A stretch of DNA of 32,000 nt from Synechococcus elongatus PCC 6301 (GTDB lineage: Bacteria > Cyanobacteriota > Cyanobacteriia > Synechococcales > Synechococcaceae), in contig NC_006576.1 of the NCBI RefSeq assembly GCF_000010065.1, forward strand, positions 2,070,001 through 2,102,000, written 5' to 3'. The position numbers and the translations under genes are program-made. A model generated the notes under the pieces. It was not told the origin of the DNA, searched no databases, and saw only the letters and a list, made by a program, of their open reading frames with translations. Below, in pieces: positions 9,387 to 18,761 of the stretch (within the stretch, counting starts at the first letter, position 1; each line of letters begins with the position of its first letter).

Positions 9387-10646
9387 GTGCCAGAATCCAT
9401 CACTGAACCTAAGAGCTCGCCAACGCCCCGTCTGCCCTCGCCCCCCGATCGCCGCACCTTCTTTCGCTATGCCAGAATTGCCCTCGGCGTAGGCCTCATC
9501 TCGCTAGCAGCCTACATACTCTGGCTGCGCAACAGCAGCGTTTCCAGTCGAGTTGGCTATATTAATGGCACTGTTATTAAGTTATATGCCCCGATTCCTG
9601 GGGTCGCACAACTCAAGCCGCTAGAGCCGGGGCAAGCCTTGCAAAAAGGGCAGGTACTCGGTGAGATTACGAACGATCGCAATCCAGAATTGGAAACCGA
9701 TCGCCAAAATCTGGTGACGCGTTTGGCCCAAGCTGAAGCAGAGCGAGCTGCTTTCGATGCCCAAATCGCGAGTCGTGAGCAGGTGCGATCGCAAATTCTC
9801 AGCAAGGCCAATAACCAGCAACAACTTGAGGAACAGTTCTTTCAGCAGGGGTCTGACCGAACCCGTAATGAATTACGCCAAGCTCAAGAAAGTCTGGCCT
9901 TTGCGGAAATCGAGGCAAAACGATATCAAAGTTTGGTGGAGAGTGGTGCTGTCTCACAGCAACTAGCAGACGCTGCCTTGTCGCAGGCACGTGAGGCAAG
10001 AGCGGTAGTAGCGGCCAAACAAAATGAGTTACAGCGCCAACGAGCGTCCCTCTTAGCGATTCGTCAAGGATTACAGCTCGATTCAGCTCGAACTCTAAGT
10101 ATTCCAGAACTACGACTTCTCGATCTGGAAAAAGAACTAGTCGACCTGACTCTGAAACGACAGACTGTTAACACAACAATTCAAGAAATTCGCCTTGAGA
10201 TTATCAATATTCAAGAGCAGATTAAACTTCAGAAAAAAGCCTTAATTAAGGCTCCGATTCAAGGAGTTGTTTGGTCAATTATCAATCGAACTGGACTGTT
10301 AGGTATTCCACTAACGGCGGGTGATCCGCTGTTGGAAATGGTGACCTGTGAAGACACCTGGATCACGGCTTTAGTTTCTGAGCGCGATCGCAATCGACTG
10401 CGAGTGGGTCAACAAGCAGATATTCGTCTACTGGATGGCAGCAATACAAACATTTTGGGCCGAATTCGCTCGATTCGAGGAGGACCCGGTAAAGTCACTG
10501 CCGGAACTGATGTCGCAGTACCTCCGCCGGATTTAGTGCGCAATGAACTAGAAGTTCAGGTGAGTCTCCTCGAGAAACCGCCAGCCTTGGGAGCCGGAAA
10601 TTTCTGTGGCATTGGTCAAAGTGTGACCGTCAACTTTAATCCCTAG
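9387..10646 (+). CDS. HlyD-family membrane-fusion (periplasmic adaptor) protein
   Basis: 419 aa with a GTG start. One N-terminal TM helix (IALGVGLISLAAYILWL), a biotinyl/lipoyl-like segment (INGTVIKLYAPIPGV...KGQVLGEI) and a ~200-aa Q/E/A/R-rich coiled coil. A C-terminal beta-barrel segment follows (APIQGVVWSI...GQQADIRL). Confidence 0.8.
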   Translation: MPESITEPKSSPTPRLPSPPDRRTFFRYARIALGVGLISLAAYILWLRNSSVSSRVGYINGTVIKLYAPIPGVAQLKPLEPGQALQKGQVLGEITNDRNPELETDRQNLVTRLAQAEAERAAFDAQIASREQVRSQILSKANNQQQLEEQFFQQGSDRTRNELRQAQESLAFAEIEAKRYQSLVESGAVSQQLADAALSQAREARAVVAAKQNELQRQRASLLAIRQGLQLDSARTLSIPELRLLDLEKELVDLTLKRQTVNTTIQEIRLEIINIQEQIKLQKKALIKAPIQGVVWSIINRTGLLGIPLTAGDPLLEMVTCEDTWITALVSERDRNRLRVGQQADIRLLDGSNTNILGRIRSIRGGPGKVTAGTDVAVPPPDLVRNELEVQVSLLEKPPALGAGNFCGIGQSVTVNFNP

Positions 10647-10675
10647 TCTTTATCCTTTTTTGATCAAGCTACCCA

Positions 10676-12889
10676 ATGCAATTAAAACAACTGCGAAAAC
10701 TTGCTCCTGAAATCTCTTTTCTTCTAATTGCTGGCCTCACGTTACTTGCAATATTACTGCTGCAATTTGATTGGCAAAATGCTTTTGCTAACTTGATTGG
10801 ATTATGGTACTCAGGTCAAGCTCTGTTCAAGCCGGAGGGATCCACACTAGAGAACTTACTCTATCCCGCCTTTGTTTGGCTAGCGATTACTTTTCTACTC
10901 AAGGAGCTTTCTCCTCAACCGTCATTTTGGCCTCGACTGATCACGAGCATCGGCATTGCAGTTCTAGGAATCCGTTACGAGCTATGGCGATTCTTCGGAA
11001 GCCTCAATCTCGACGATCCCCTCAATGGCACTCTATCTGTTCTACTCTTTTTTGCTGAATTGCTGACAGTTGTTAATACAATCGCATTTTTTCTCCATAC
11101 AATTTTTAGCTATGATCGCTCGCCAGAAGCAGACATCCTCAGCCAAGCAGTGATCAGCCAAGCCTATCAACCAAGCGTTGATATTATTCTGCCCACCTAC
11201 AACGAAGGGGTTGATATCCTCAGAAGATCGGTCATTGCTTGCCAGGCAATGGACTATTCTAATAAAAAGGTCTTTCTTCTCGACGATACTCGTCGTCCAG
11301 AAGTTCGAGCGCTTGCAGAAGAATTAGGCTGCGGCTACTTCGATCGCCCAGACAACAAACATGCGAAGGCAGGTAATATCAACCATGCCTTGCCCTACTT
11401 ATCTGGAGAATTATTAGTTGTTTTTGACGCAGATTTTGTCCCTAGTAAAAACTTTCTAATTCGAACAATTGGATTTTTCCAAGATCCAAAAACGGGCCTG
11501 CTACAAACGCCTCAGCATTTTTTTAATGAAGATCCGATTTCAGTCAACCTTGGACTTGAAGGAATTTTGAATAACGAACAAAGTTTATTTTTTCGGTTTA
11601 TTCAACCAAGCCGGGACTATTTTAACTCAGTCGTTTGCTGTGGTACCTGCTTTGTTATTCGGCGATCGGCACTCGATGAGATTGGTGGAATTCCGACGGA
11701 AAGTATCACTGAAGACTACTTTACTTCGATTAAGCTGCAAACTCATGGCTATCGCGTCAAGTATCTCAATGAGGCATTGGCAGCAGGCCTAGCACCGGAA
11801 ACTATTAGCGCCTATGTTAATCAGCGACTTCGTTGGGGGCAGGGAACTCTCCAGTCCCTCTTTACAGATTCCAATTTTCTAACGGTCCCAGGCCTCAACT
11901 GGCAGGAGCGCCTTTCCCAGTCACTCAGTATCGTTTACTGGTTCCTATCGATTCCTAGAGTTGTCTTTCTCGTTGTTCCCTTAGCATTTCTGATATTTGG
12001 GTTGGCACCTCTCCGTGCTACTGTCAATGAAATTCTTTATTTTTTCCTTCCATATTACATCGCAAATATCATGGCATTTTCTTGGCTGACAGAAGGAAGG
12101 CGATCCGCATTTTGGTCTGATGTTTATGAGACGATTATTTGTGTGCCAATGGCAATTACTATTCTCAGGACTTTAGTTAGCCCTAAGGGAAAACCTTTTA
12201 AAGTGACACCCAAGGGGGATACTAATTCTGATGGAATCACAATTAACTGGTCGCTCATTACTCCTCTCTTAACAGTAATGATCCTGACTATAATTGGAAT
12301 TGTTATGAGGAGTTCTAGTCTGCAAGATACGAATGTAAATCCCGATAGCTTAGTAATTAATATAGTTTGGGCTGTTTATAACTTATCACTGCTGCTCATT
12401 TGTATTCTTGTCGCAATCGATGTTCCTCAACGCCGTCACACTCGGTTTTCCCATGAAGAAGCTTGTGAATTGCGTCTGGGAGCAGTTGTCTTTTCAGGGG
12501 TTACTGAAGACCTTTCAGAAGAAGGGGGGCGAATCTTACTGAATCGCTTCGAGGGTTTAGTGGATATTGAGGATGAAGCACCTCAAACTACTTTGGAAGG
12601 AATTTTTCGTCTGCGATCGCCTAGCCCTTTAGCTGACATGCCAATTCATGCAGAAGTGAGATGGCACGATCGCCGTGCTCTTGCTGCTCTACGTTTTGAG
12701 GCTGCTGTAACTGAGGTAGAGGTACGCCTTTACTTCTCAAATCTGACGCTTGCAGAACAGCGCCGCTTAATTCCTTATCTCTACTGCCAGCCCGGCCAGT
12801 GGCAAGACTTACAAGTGCCTGAATTCAAGACAGCTTGGGCTATGCTTCAATCGGTCTTTCGTCTGCATCCCTTGGCAAATAGCCGCTGA
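10676..12889 (+). CDS. Family-2 processive glycosyltransferase, cellulose-synthase (BcsA)-like, with C-terminal PilZ domain
   Basis: 737 aa with multiple TM helices. GT2 signatures: PTYNEG, LLDDTRR, VFDADFVP, TEDYFTS, QRLRWGQG (QxxRW). PilZ signatures near the C-terminus: QRRHTR (RxxxR) and DLSEEGG (DxSxxG). Confidence 0.85.
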   Translation: MQLKQLRKLAPEISFLLIAGLTLLAILLLQFDWQNAFANLIGLWYSGQALFKPEGSTLENLLYPAFVWLAITFLLKELSPQPSFWPRLITSIGIAVLGIRYELWRFFGSLNLDDPLNGTLSVLLFFAELLTVVNTIAFFLHTIFSYDRSPEADILSQAVISQAYQPSVDIILPTYNEGVDILRRSVIACQAMDYSNKKVFLLDDTRRPEVRALAEELGCGYFDRPDNKHAKAGNINHALPYLSGELLVVFDADFVPSKNFLIRTIGFFQDPKTGLLQTPQHFFNEDPISVNLGLEGILNNEQSLFFRFIQPSRDYFNSVVCCGTCFVIRRSALDEIGGIPTESITEDYFTSIKLQTHGYRVKYLNEALAAGLAPETISAYVNQRLRWGQGTLQSLFTDSNFLTVPGLNWQERLSQSLSIVYWFLSIPRVVFLVVPLAFLIFGLAPLRATVNEILYFFLPYYIANIMAFSWLTEGRRSAFWSDVYETIICVPMAITILRTLVSPKGKPFKVTPKGDTNSDGITINWSLITPLLTVMILTIIGIVMRSSSLQDTNVNPDSLVINIVWAVYNLSLLLICILVAIDVPQRRHTRFSHEEACELRLGAVVFSGVTEDLSEEGGRILLNRFEGLVDIEDEAPQTTLEGIFRLRSPSPLADMPIHAEVRWHDRRALAALRFEAAVTEVEVRLYFSNLTLAEQRRLIPYLYCQPGQWQDLQVPEFKTAWAMLQSVFRLHPLANSR

Positions 12890-12915
12890 CCTTCATTGGA
12901 TTGACAAACCTACGA

Positions 12916-12969
12916 ATAGGTAACGATGGCTGTTGAAGAGTGAGGCTGATCTTCGCAATCGTTACCTAT
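12916..12969. terminator. Perfect 12-bp inverted repeat between convergent genes (possible bidirectional terminator or RNA-stability hairpin)
   Basis: ATAGGTAACGAT (12916-12927) pairs with ATCGTTACCTAT (12958-12969). The 30-nt loop contains an inner GAAGA/TCTTC stem. No strong U-tract on either side. Confidence 0.4.
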
Positions 12970-13007
12970 CCATACTGTTCAAATCATCTGTCAGCTCTCT
13001 ATGTGAT

Positions 13008-14051
13008 TTATAGTCCGGCAAACTCGAATGGCTTGGCGTTCTGGAATGAATTGAGGGCATCACCCGCATAGACTTCATTGTTTGAAGCCAATAGTCGCTT
13101 GACAGGTCGGTTCTCGCTAAAATCAACTTTCTTGAGATCAACCCAGAAAGTATTGGGTGTTAGAGTTGTCTCAAAGTAGTAGACTAAATTTTTCTGGTCA
13201 GATAAAGACCGCCAGCGAGTTGAAGAGATATTCGGCTCTTCCTCAGAGGAGATACCGAAGGGCACAGATGCATTGCGAATTACACTAAAGACACTTGCAA
13301 CAGCGACCCTAGTATCTGTTGTCTTAGGAATGGCATCAATATAAAAAGATGCTCTAACAAAGCGATCAGCAGCCCGATTTGTTCCTGGCAGCATATTTAA
13401 ACCGCCAACTTGTTGCCAGTAGCCATCTAATGCCAACTGCTTTTCAAAGGTGGGGGAGTTCGTCATCACTGTGTAGTCCATGCTGTGATGAATGACGAGC
13501 TTGCCATCGATATATTCAAAGATGGCATTGTCTCCTTTCGCATCGGAAACTGAAAGGTGTAGTGTGGCAAAGCGGTCGGTGCCGGGAATGTTAGCGGATA
13601 CAACCACAAATGGTTCCGATCGCAGTGCATTTACAGCTTCTTCGACCGTAGCGAAATTATCGAGAACGTACTGAACCCAAGCAGCAACCGATAAGCCTTT
13701 CTGACTAGGTTTATACTCTGGATACTTCGACTCAGCGAGCCAAAGTAGATTAGCGACAAGGCCTTTCTCATTCATGCCATCTGCACTGGCAATATCGAAG
13801 GCACTGGCGACAACACTGCCATATTTTGAGACCCAAGTTACAGAGTTAGGTCCCACTGCTCCATCTCGCTGTAACCCTCTGGGAAACAACCATAGATTTG
13901 CTGGAATTTCATCCTTCCAATCCATCGATCGCCCCGTAATGATTGTGCCTTCAGGCCCTTGATAGACGGCCCTTGTACAGGCTTGAACTGGGGCTGAAGC
14001 TAATAAAAAGCAAGCACAGGCGATCGCAGCAATTCCGAGAGTATTGGTCAT
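13008..14051 (-). CDS. Secreted Ntn hydrolase, choloylglycine hydrolase / penicillin V acylase (linear amide C-N hydrolase) family
   Basis: 347 aa. The signal peptide ends ...ASAPVQA|CTRAVYQG, exposing the N-terminal nucleophile Cys typical of this family. Followed by GRSMDW and further family-like blocks. Confidence 0.8.
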   Translation of the reverse strand: MTNTLGIAAIACACFLLASAPVQACTRAVYQGPEGTIITGRSMDWKDEIPANLWLFPRGLQRDGAVGPNSVTWVSKYGSVVASAFDIASADGMNEKGLVANLLWLAESKYPEYKPSQKGLSVAAWVQYVLDNFATVEEAVNALRSEPFVVVSANIPGTDRFATLHLSVSDAKGDNAIFEYIDGKLVIHHSMDYTVMTNSPTFEKQLALDGYWQQVGGLNMLPGTNRAADRFVRASFYIDAIPKTTDTRVAVASVFSVIRNASVPFGISSEEEPNISSTRWRSLSDQKNLVYYFETTLTPNTFWVDLKKVDFSENRPVKRLLASNNEVYAGDALNSFQNAKPFEFAGL

Positions 14052-14198
14052 AGTTAGCTACTCTTTCTATTTTCAGCATAAGTGCCTGTATCTGTATTTC
14101 AAGACACTAGAGGTTAAGTGATAGTAACTTTCATGGCTTAGCCTAGCTTTCTAATTAGCCTAGTTAGGAACTATCCACTGTGCTTACGGGAAGAGCCC

Positions 14199-14236
14199 TA
14201 AAAAGCTGTGTTAATCACATGCCTAGCTCAACACAG
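14199..14236 (-). terminator. Weak candidate terminator after the ABC-2 permease gene
   Basis: Minus strand reads CTGTGTT-17 nt-AACACAG followed by CTTTTTA. The stem is AT-rich and only 7 bp. Confidence 0.3.
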
Positions 14237-14272
14237 TTACGACTAGAGGGTTATGCATAACCGTAAATTTGA

Positions 14273-15133
14273 CTAGCTTAGCGATCGCTTGAGGGCAGGT
14301 TGAATGAGTAGCAAAGCAGTAACGCAAAAGCCAGCGAGGATTGCCAAGCAGCCACCGATCGAAATCTCTGCAAAGGGTGTCGCGATCGCGATGTCACTCC
14401 ATTGCCAGCTGTCATGGAGATAGAGAAAGCGAATCGGCTCAATTGCGTAGCTAAGCGGGTTCAGGCTGGCTAACCACTGCAGCCAAGTTGGCATAAAGTC
14501 CAGCGGTGCAAGAGCCGTACTCGCAAACAGCAACGGCAAATTGGTGATAAAGATAGCAGCGATTAATTCAATATGGCCGGGCAAACTAAAAGCCAAGCCT
14601 AAACTCAATGCTGTTACGCCTAAGACTAAAAGCAGCACGATCGTAAGAACCAATAGGAGACCTGTCGCTGTTGGTAAGCCCGCACCTAAAGCTGAACTGA
14701 CGAGCAGAATTGCGATCGTTTGAATCAGGCTCAAGGTTGTGATGTAGAGCGCCGAAGCAACCACGATCGAAAAGCGTGAGGTCAGGGGTGCGACGAGTAG
14801 GCGATTGAGAAAACCAAACTCGCGATCGAACATCACGGGCAAGCCAGCATTCAGTGCACCACTAAACGCCGTGAAGACAATCACGCCCGCGCCCAAGAAT
14901 TGCCCGTAGCGAACTTCAGGCCCAAAGAATCCGGTTGGTGCATTCTGGAACAACGCCCCAAATAGAACGAGCCACATTAGTGGTTGAATCACACCGGCAA
15001 TCAGCGTTGTGGGGCGACGCTGCAACTGAATAAAGAGCCGCTTGGTCAGCCCTGCCGTTTCTTGCAAAAAGGCAGAAAACTCAGACGGTTCCGACAAGTT
15101 CGACAGCTCAGACTTCGGTAGCGTGGTAGTCAT
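14273..15133 (-). CDS. ABC-2 type exporter permease
   Basis: 286 aa with six predicted TM helices and ABC-2 family topology. Lies directly downstream of the ATPase gene. Confidence 0.85.
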   Translation of the reverse strand: MTTTLPKSELSNLSEPSEFSAFLQETAGLTKRLFIQLQRRPTTLIAGVIQPLMWLVLFGALFQNAPTGFFGPEVRYGQFLGAGVIVFTAFSGALNAGLPVMFDREFGFLNRLLVAPLTSRFSIVVASALYITTLSLIQTIAILLVSSALGAGLPTATGLLLVLTIVLLLVLGVTALSLGLAFSLPGHIELIAAIFITNLPLLFASTALAPLDFMPTWLQWLASLNPLSYAIEPIRFLYLHDSWQWSDIAIATPFAEISIGGCLAILAGFCVTALLLIQPALKRSLS

Positions 15134-15184
15134 AACGGCTTAGTTCAACAGAAAGAGATGAAAACGATCGTTCAGTGATTAGCG

Positions 15185-16207
15185 CTAACGTTGCATGGCG
15201 CGCTTTTTCTCAGCTTTCGGATCTCGGCTAGCGATCGCAGCGAGTTCTGCATCCAACAGCGTGCGGCCGGTAGCGGCAAGGTAAACATCATCCAAACTCG
15301 GGCGAGCTTGGGCAATGCCGAAGGTTGGGAGTCCTGCTGCTTGCAAGCTGGTTTGAATTGTCGCTAGAGCATCAGTCTGACCATCGACCACGAGGTTGAG
15401 CGAGTTCCCTTGGGCGGTGTTGATGATCACGTCCTGCACACAACTCAAAGATTTCAGTAGTTCTCGTGCTTGCTCCGCTTCATCTCGGGGGGAAAATTCC
15501 CGCAGCCGCAGGGTAATGCGATCGCCACCAACACGGGCTTTCAACTCGGATGGACTGCCGACAGCAATCACTTGTCCGCGATCGATAATCGCCACGCGAT
15601 CGGCCAGCGCATCAATTTCTTCTAGGTAATGGCTGGTAATCAGAATCGTGATTCCCTCTGCCCGCAACCGCCGCAGAAACTCCCAAACGACGACGCGGCT
15701 TTCAATATCCAAGCCCACGGTCGGTTCATCTAACACCAACAGGCGCGGTTGATGCAGCAACCCCGTCGCCAGATCCAGCCGCTTGCGAATCCCACCGGAA
15801 TACGTCCCACAGCGGCGATCGAGCCAGTCATCCAGCTCCAGCAGTTGACTCACCGCCGCAATGCGATCGGCGATCGCGCCTTTGGGTAAGTGATAGAGCG
15901 CCGCATGCAGCGCTAGGAGTTCTCGCCCCGTCAGCACCTTATCGATCGCGACTTCCTGTGCCACATAGCCCAGTCGCTGACGGGCGGCGCGGGGCTGATC
16001 AGTCACCGACAGGCCATCGACTTCTACAAGACCGGCATCCGGACGACTAAGGGTGCAAAGGCAGCGCAGCGTTGTGGTTTTGCCAGCGCCATTGGGTCCT
16101 AGCACCCCAAAAATTTCACCGGCGGTCACTTCAAAGCTGACGTCTTCGACCGCCACCACCGAACCATAGGACTTGCGCAGGTGCTCAATACGAACGGCTA
16201 GCGTCAT
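15185..16207 (-). CDS. ABC transporter ATP-binding protein (DrrA/CcmA-like)
   Basis: 340 aa. Walker A GPNGAGKTT, signature YSGGIRKRL, Walker B LLVLDEPTVGLD, H-loop SHYLEE. Has a C-terminal extension domain. Confidence 0.9.
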   Translation of the reverse strand: MTLAVRIEHLRKSYGSVVAVEDVSFEVTAGEIFGVLGPNGAGKTTTLRCLCTLSRPDAGLVEVDGLSVTDQPRAARQRLGYVAQEVAIDKVLTGRELLALHAALYHLPKGAIADRIAAVSQLLELDDWLDRRCGTYSGGIRKRLDLATGLLHQPRLLVLDEPTVGLDIESRVVVWEFLRRLRAEGITILITSHYLEEIDALADRVAIIDRGQVIAVGSPSELKARVGGDRITLRLREFSPRDEAEQARELLKSLSCVQDVIINTAQGNSLNLVVDGQTDALATIQTSLQAAGLPTFGIAQARPSLDDVYLAATGRTLLDAELAAIASRDPKAEKKRAMQR

Positions 16208-16303
16208 TGCAGATCCAGAAGTGATTCAAGCGTTAACCGTTTCCATTCTAGGCGGCTCCGTTAGCCTCACTCAGGCGATCGCCTGCTCACATCCCCCTAG
16301 CGT

Positions 16304-16714
16304 TCAAGTAAATAGCTGGTTGATTAGCGCTTCACCGCCTGGCAGTCGATAAATCCCAAAGTCTCGTCGATCGAGCGTCACGATCTCACTCAAGCCCCAC
16401 TGTCCGGCTACCCAAACCAAGGAAGCATCTGCCAAATCCATCGGGATATCGCTGTAACGCTCCATCAGATTGGCAATTCCCGTGATTGCGGTCGTTCCAA
16501 GTTCTTGCACTTCGAGACCGCCCAAAGCGACCCAACGCATAAATCGATTGACCCCATAGGACGGAATCAAATGACAGACCTCAGTTAGGACTGGCCATGT
16601 CGTTAGTAGTGGGCGATCGACGCTGCTGAAGAAGGAGCGGCAGCGATCGTGAAAATTGTCGCTCCGATCAAACCAAGCAATGAGTGGTCCCGTATCCACC
16701 AGTAGCTTAGACAT
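16304..16714 (-). CDS. vapC: PIN-domain toxin (VapC-like)
   Basis: 136 aa. MSKLLVDTGPLIA carries the first acidic PIN residue; later acidic residues are in TEVCH and DLADAS. Its start overlaps the upstream antitoxin gene by 8 nt. Confidence 0.8.
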   Translation of the reverse strand: MSKLLVDTGPLIAWFDRSDNFHDRCRSFFSSVDRPLLTTWPVLTEVCHLIPSYGVNRFMRWVALGGLEVQELGTTAITGIANLMERYSDIPMDLADASLVWVAGQWGLSEIVTLDRRDFGIYRLPGGEALINQLFT

Positions 16715-17021
16715 TGAACTGCTGCGACTGAGCGTGCCGGAGGGCTAGCTTATCTTTTAGGTGCTGAGCATGGTGTTGTCCTAAATCACCGACTCCACTC
16801 TCAAAACAGCCCACGAGTCCTAACTGCTCAGCAAGGGTAGCGGGAGAGTTCATGGGGGCAGTCAACTTTTGAATTCCTGCTTTGATTGCTTCTGTTTGGG
16901 TCACACCCGTACGTTGGCAATATGCCTGCAATACAGCATCGGTTTGCTCATCGAGTCGAACAGAGATCAGCCGACTAGCGCGGGAAGGAACACCCACAAC
17001 TTCCACCCTGAAGTAATACAA
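16707..17021 (-). CDS. vapB: Ribbon-helix-helix antitoxin (VapB/CopG-like); start codon uncertain
   Basis: SVRLDEQTDAVLQAYCQRTGVTQTEAIKAGIQKL is an RHH-type N-terminal motif. The ORF opens at TTG 17021, with in-frame GTG codons a few codons later. Overlap with vapC implies translational coupling. Confidence 0.65.
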   Translation of the reverse strand: MYYFRVEVVGVPSRASRLISVRLDEQTDAVLQAYCQRTGVTQTEAIKAGIQKLTAPMNSPATLAEQLGLVGCFESGVGDLGQHHAQHLKDKLALRHAQSQQFNV

Positions 17022-17119
17022 GTCATATTACAAATCTAACCTTGGCGATCGCCTTAGCCCCAGTAGATGACGCCGATCGCGGCAACGGGTGATGATGCGA
17101 ACAGTGCTCTGCGGTTTCT

Positions 17120-18007
17120 ATGGCTTCGACGTTGCGTGTCGCTCTGGCTCAACTGGCATTTAGCGATCAGCCGGTGATCGATCGCGATCGCGTGACAGCA
17201 GCGATTCGGGAAGCTGCAGCAGCTGGGGCAGAACTGATTGTGCTGCCCGAGATCCACGGCGGCTACTACTTTTGCCAGACCGAAGATCCAGCTCAGTTTG
17301 ATCGCGCCGAGTCCATTCCAGGACCGAGTACGGACTACTACAGCGCGATCGCCCGAGAACTGTCCGTTGTTCTCATCCTTTCGCTGTTTGAGCGGCGGGC
17401 AGCCGGACTCTACCACAACACTGCTGTCGTGATTGAACGGGATGGAACGATCGCGGGTCGTTACCGCAAAATGCACATTCCTGACGATCCGGCTTACTAC
17501 GAGAAGTTCTACTTCACGCCGGGCGACTTGGGGTTTGAACCGATTCAGACTTCGGTGGGCAAGTTAGGGGTTCTGGTCTGCTGGGATCAGTGGTATCCCG
17601 AAGCAGCGCGACTGATGGCGCTGGCTGGTGCCGAGTTGCTGATCTATCCGACCGCAATCGGCTGGGATCCGCAAGACGTGCCCGAGGAACAACAGCGGCA
17701 ACTCGAAGCTTGGCAAACCGTGCAGCGGGGTCACGCAATCGCCAATGGAATTCCCGTGTTGAGTGTCAATCGGGTTGGCTTTGAACCCTCGCCCGATCCA
17801 GCTGCTGCGGGCAGTCAATTCTGGGGCAGCAGTTTCATTGCCGGGCCGCAGGGGGAATGGTTAGCAAAGGCTGGCGATCGCGAGCCGGAACTGCTGATTG
17901 CTGATCTCGATCGCGATCGCAGTGAACAGGTGCGGCGGATCTGGCCCTTCCTGCGCGATCGCCGCATCGATGCCTACGGCGATTTAGTACGTCGCTATCG
18001 AGACTAA
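17120..18007 (+). CDS. aguB: N-carbamoylputrescine amidase (nitrilase superfamily)
   Basis: 295 aa. Blocks seen: LPEIHGGYYFCQ, YRKMHIPDDPAYYEKFYFTPGD, VLVCWDQWYPEAAR (catalytic Cys), LIYPTAIGW. Confidence 0.85.
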   Translation: MASTLRVALAQLAFSDQPVIDRDRVTAAIREAAAAGAELIVLPEIHGGYYFCQTEDPAQFDRAESIPGPSTDYYSAIARELSVVLILSLFERRAAGLYHNTAVVIERDGTIAGRYRKMHIPDDPAYYEKFYFTPGDLGFEPIQTSVGKLGVLVCWDQWYPEAARLMALAGAELLIYPTAIGWDPQDVPEEQQRQLEAWQTVQRGHAIANGIPVLSVNRVGFEPSPDPAAAGSQFWGSSFIAGPQGEWLAKAGDREPELLIADLDRDRSEQVRRIWPFLRDRRIDAYGDLVRRYRD

Positions 18008-18012
18008 CCCCG

Positions 18013-18501
18013 ATGCTCAAACCCCTGTCTGCGCTCGGTCTGCTGCTCTTACTGGCAACCAGTAGCTGCCAAACACCCGGTCGATCGGCTGAAGTCAACC
18101 TGATTAGCGACGGTGACACATTGACTGTGCAGCAAGACGGGGAGTCAGTCAAAATCCGCTTGGCTTGTATCGATGCGCCAGAACTAGGGCAGAAACCTTG
18201 GGGGGAGCGAGCCCGTGGGGTGTCAGGTGTCTTGGCTCCAGTTGGTAGCGAAGTGACGGTCGAGTCCTTTGAACGCGATCGCTATGGCCGTACGGTGGCG
18301 ACGGTTTGGCGGGAAGGGCGATCGGTCAATCTCGAAATGGTCCGTCGCGGCTGGGCGATGGTCTACCGGCAACACCTCCGCAACTGCGATGCCAGTGCCT
18401 ACTTTGCGGCGGAGACTGCAGCAAGACGCGATCGCATTGGCTATTGGCAAGCAGGTCGCAATCCCCAACCGCCCTGGGAGTGGCGTCGCCGTCAACGCTA
18501 A
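18013..18501 (+). CDS. Secreted thermonuclease (staphylococcal nuclease, SNase fold)
   Basis: 162 aa. Signal/lipoprotein-like N-terminus LLLLLATSSCQ. Motifs DGDTLTV, KIRLACIDAPE, DRYGRTVATV, NLEMVRRGWA. The start is 5 nt after the amidase stop. Confidence 0.8.
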   Translation: MLKPLSALGLLLLLATSSCQTPGRSAEVNLISDGDTLTVQQDGESVKIRLACIDAPELGQKPWGERARGVSGVLAPVGSEVTVESFERDRYGRTVATVWREGRSVNLEMVRRGWAMVYRQHLRNCDASAYFAAETAARRDRIGYWQAGRNPQPPWEWRRRQR

Positions 18502-18733
18502 CTCAGGGCAACAGCAACTATCAGCTTGAACTGATCGTTCTAGCTCGATTGACGTAGCCGCAATCCAAGGTCAACACCGGCTTGTTTTACCGGCTGCGAT
18601 CGCCGCTCAGCCGATATGTCCCATCCAAAATCTTGTTGCAGGGGGGCTGGGGAACTCGACTCCCCCACGGACAGCAAGTTTCGATTTCTATCGAGTCCAG
18701 TCGAGCTAGTCCCAGGCCAATTGTTATCGTCAC

Positions 18734-18761
18734 AAAAAAGTCCCGGCAGAACTGCCGAGAC
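18734..18761 (-). terminator. Strong intrinsic terminator about 100 nt downstream of trpB
   Basis: Minus strand reads GTCTCGGCA-GTTC-TGCCGGGAC (9-bp GC-rich stem including one G-U pair) followed immediately by TTTTTT. Confidence 0.7.

Noticed and set aside
17054-17476. 140-aa minus-strand ORF overlapping the amidase gene start
   Set aside because: It is antisense to a strongly supported gene, with no motifs and an implausible composition.
18731-18750. AAAAAGTCCCGGC, superficially like the RNase P RNA GAAAGUCCGGGC motif
   Set aside because: The sequence differs at the critical positions and is fully explained as the A-tract and 5' arm of the trpB terminator read on the opposite strand. No other RNase P elements are nearby.
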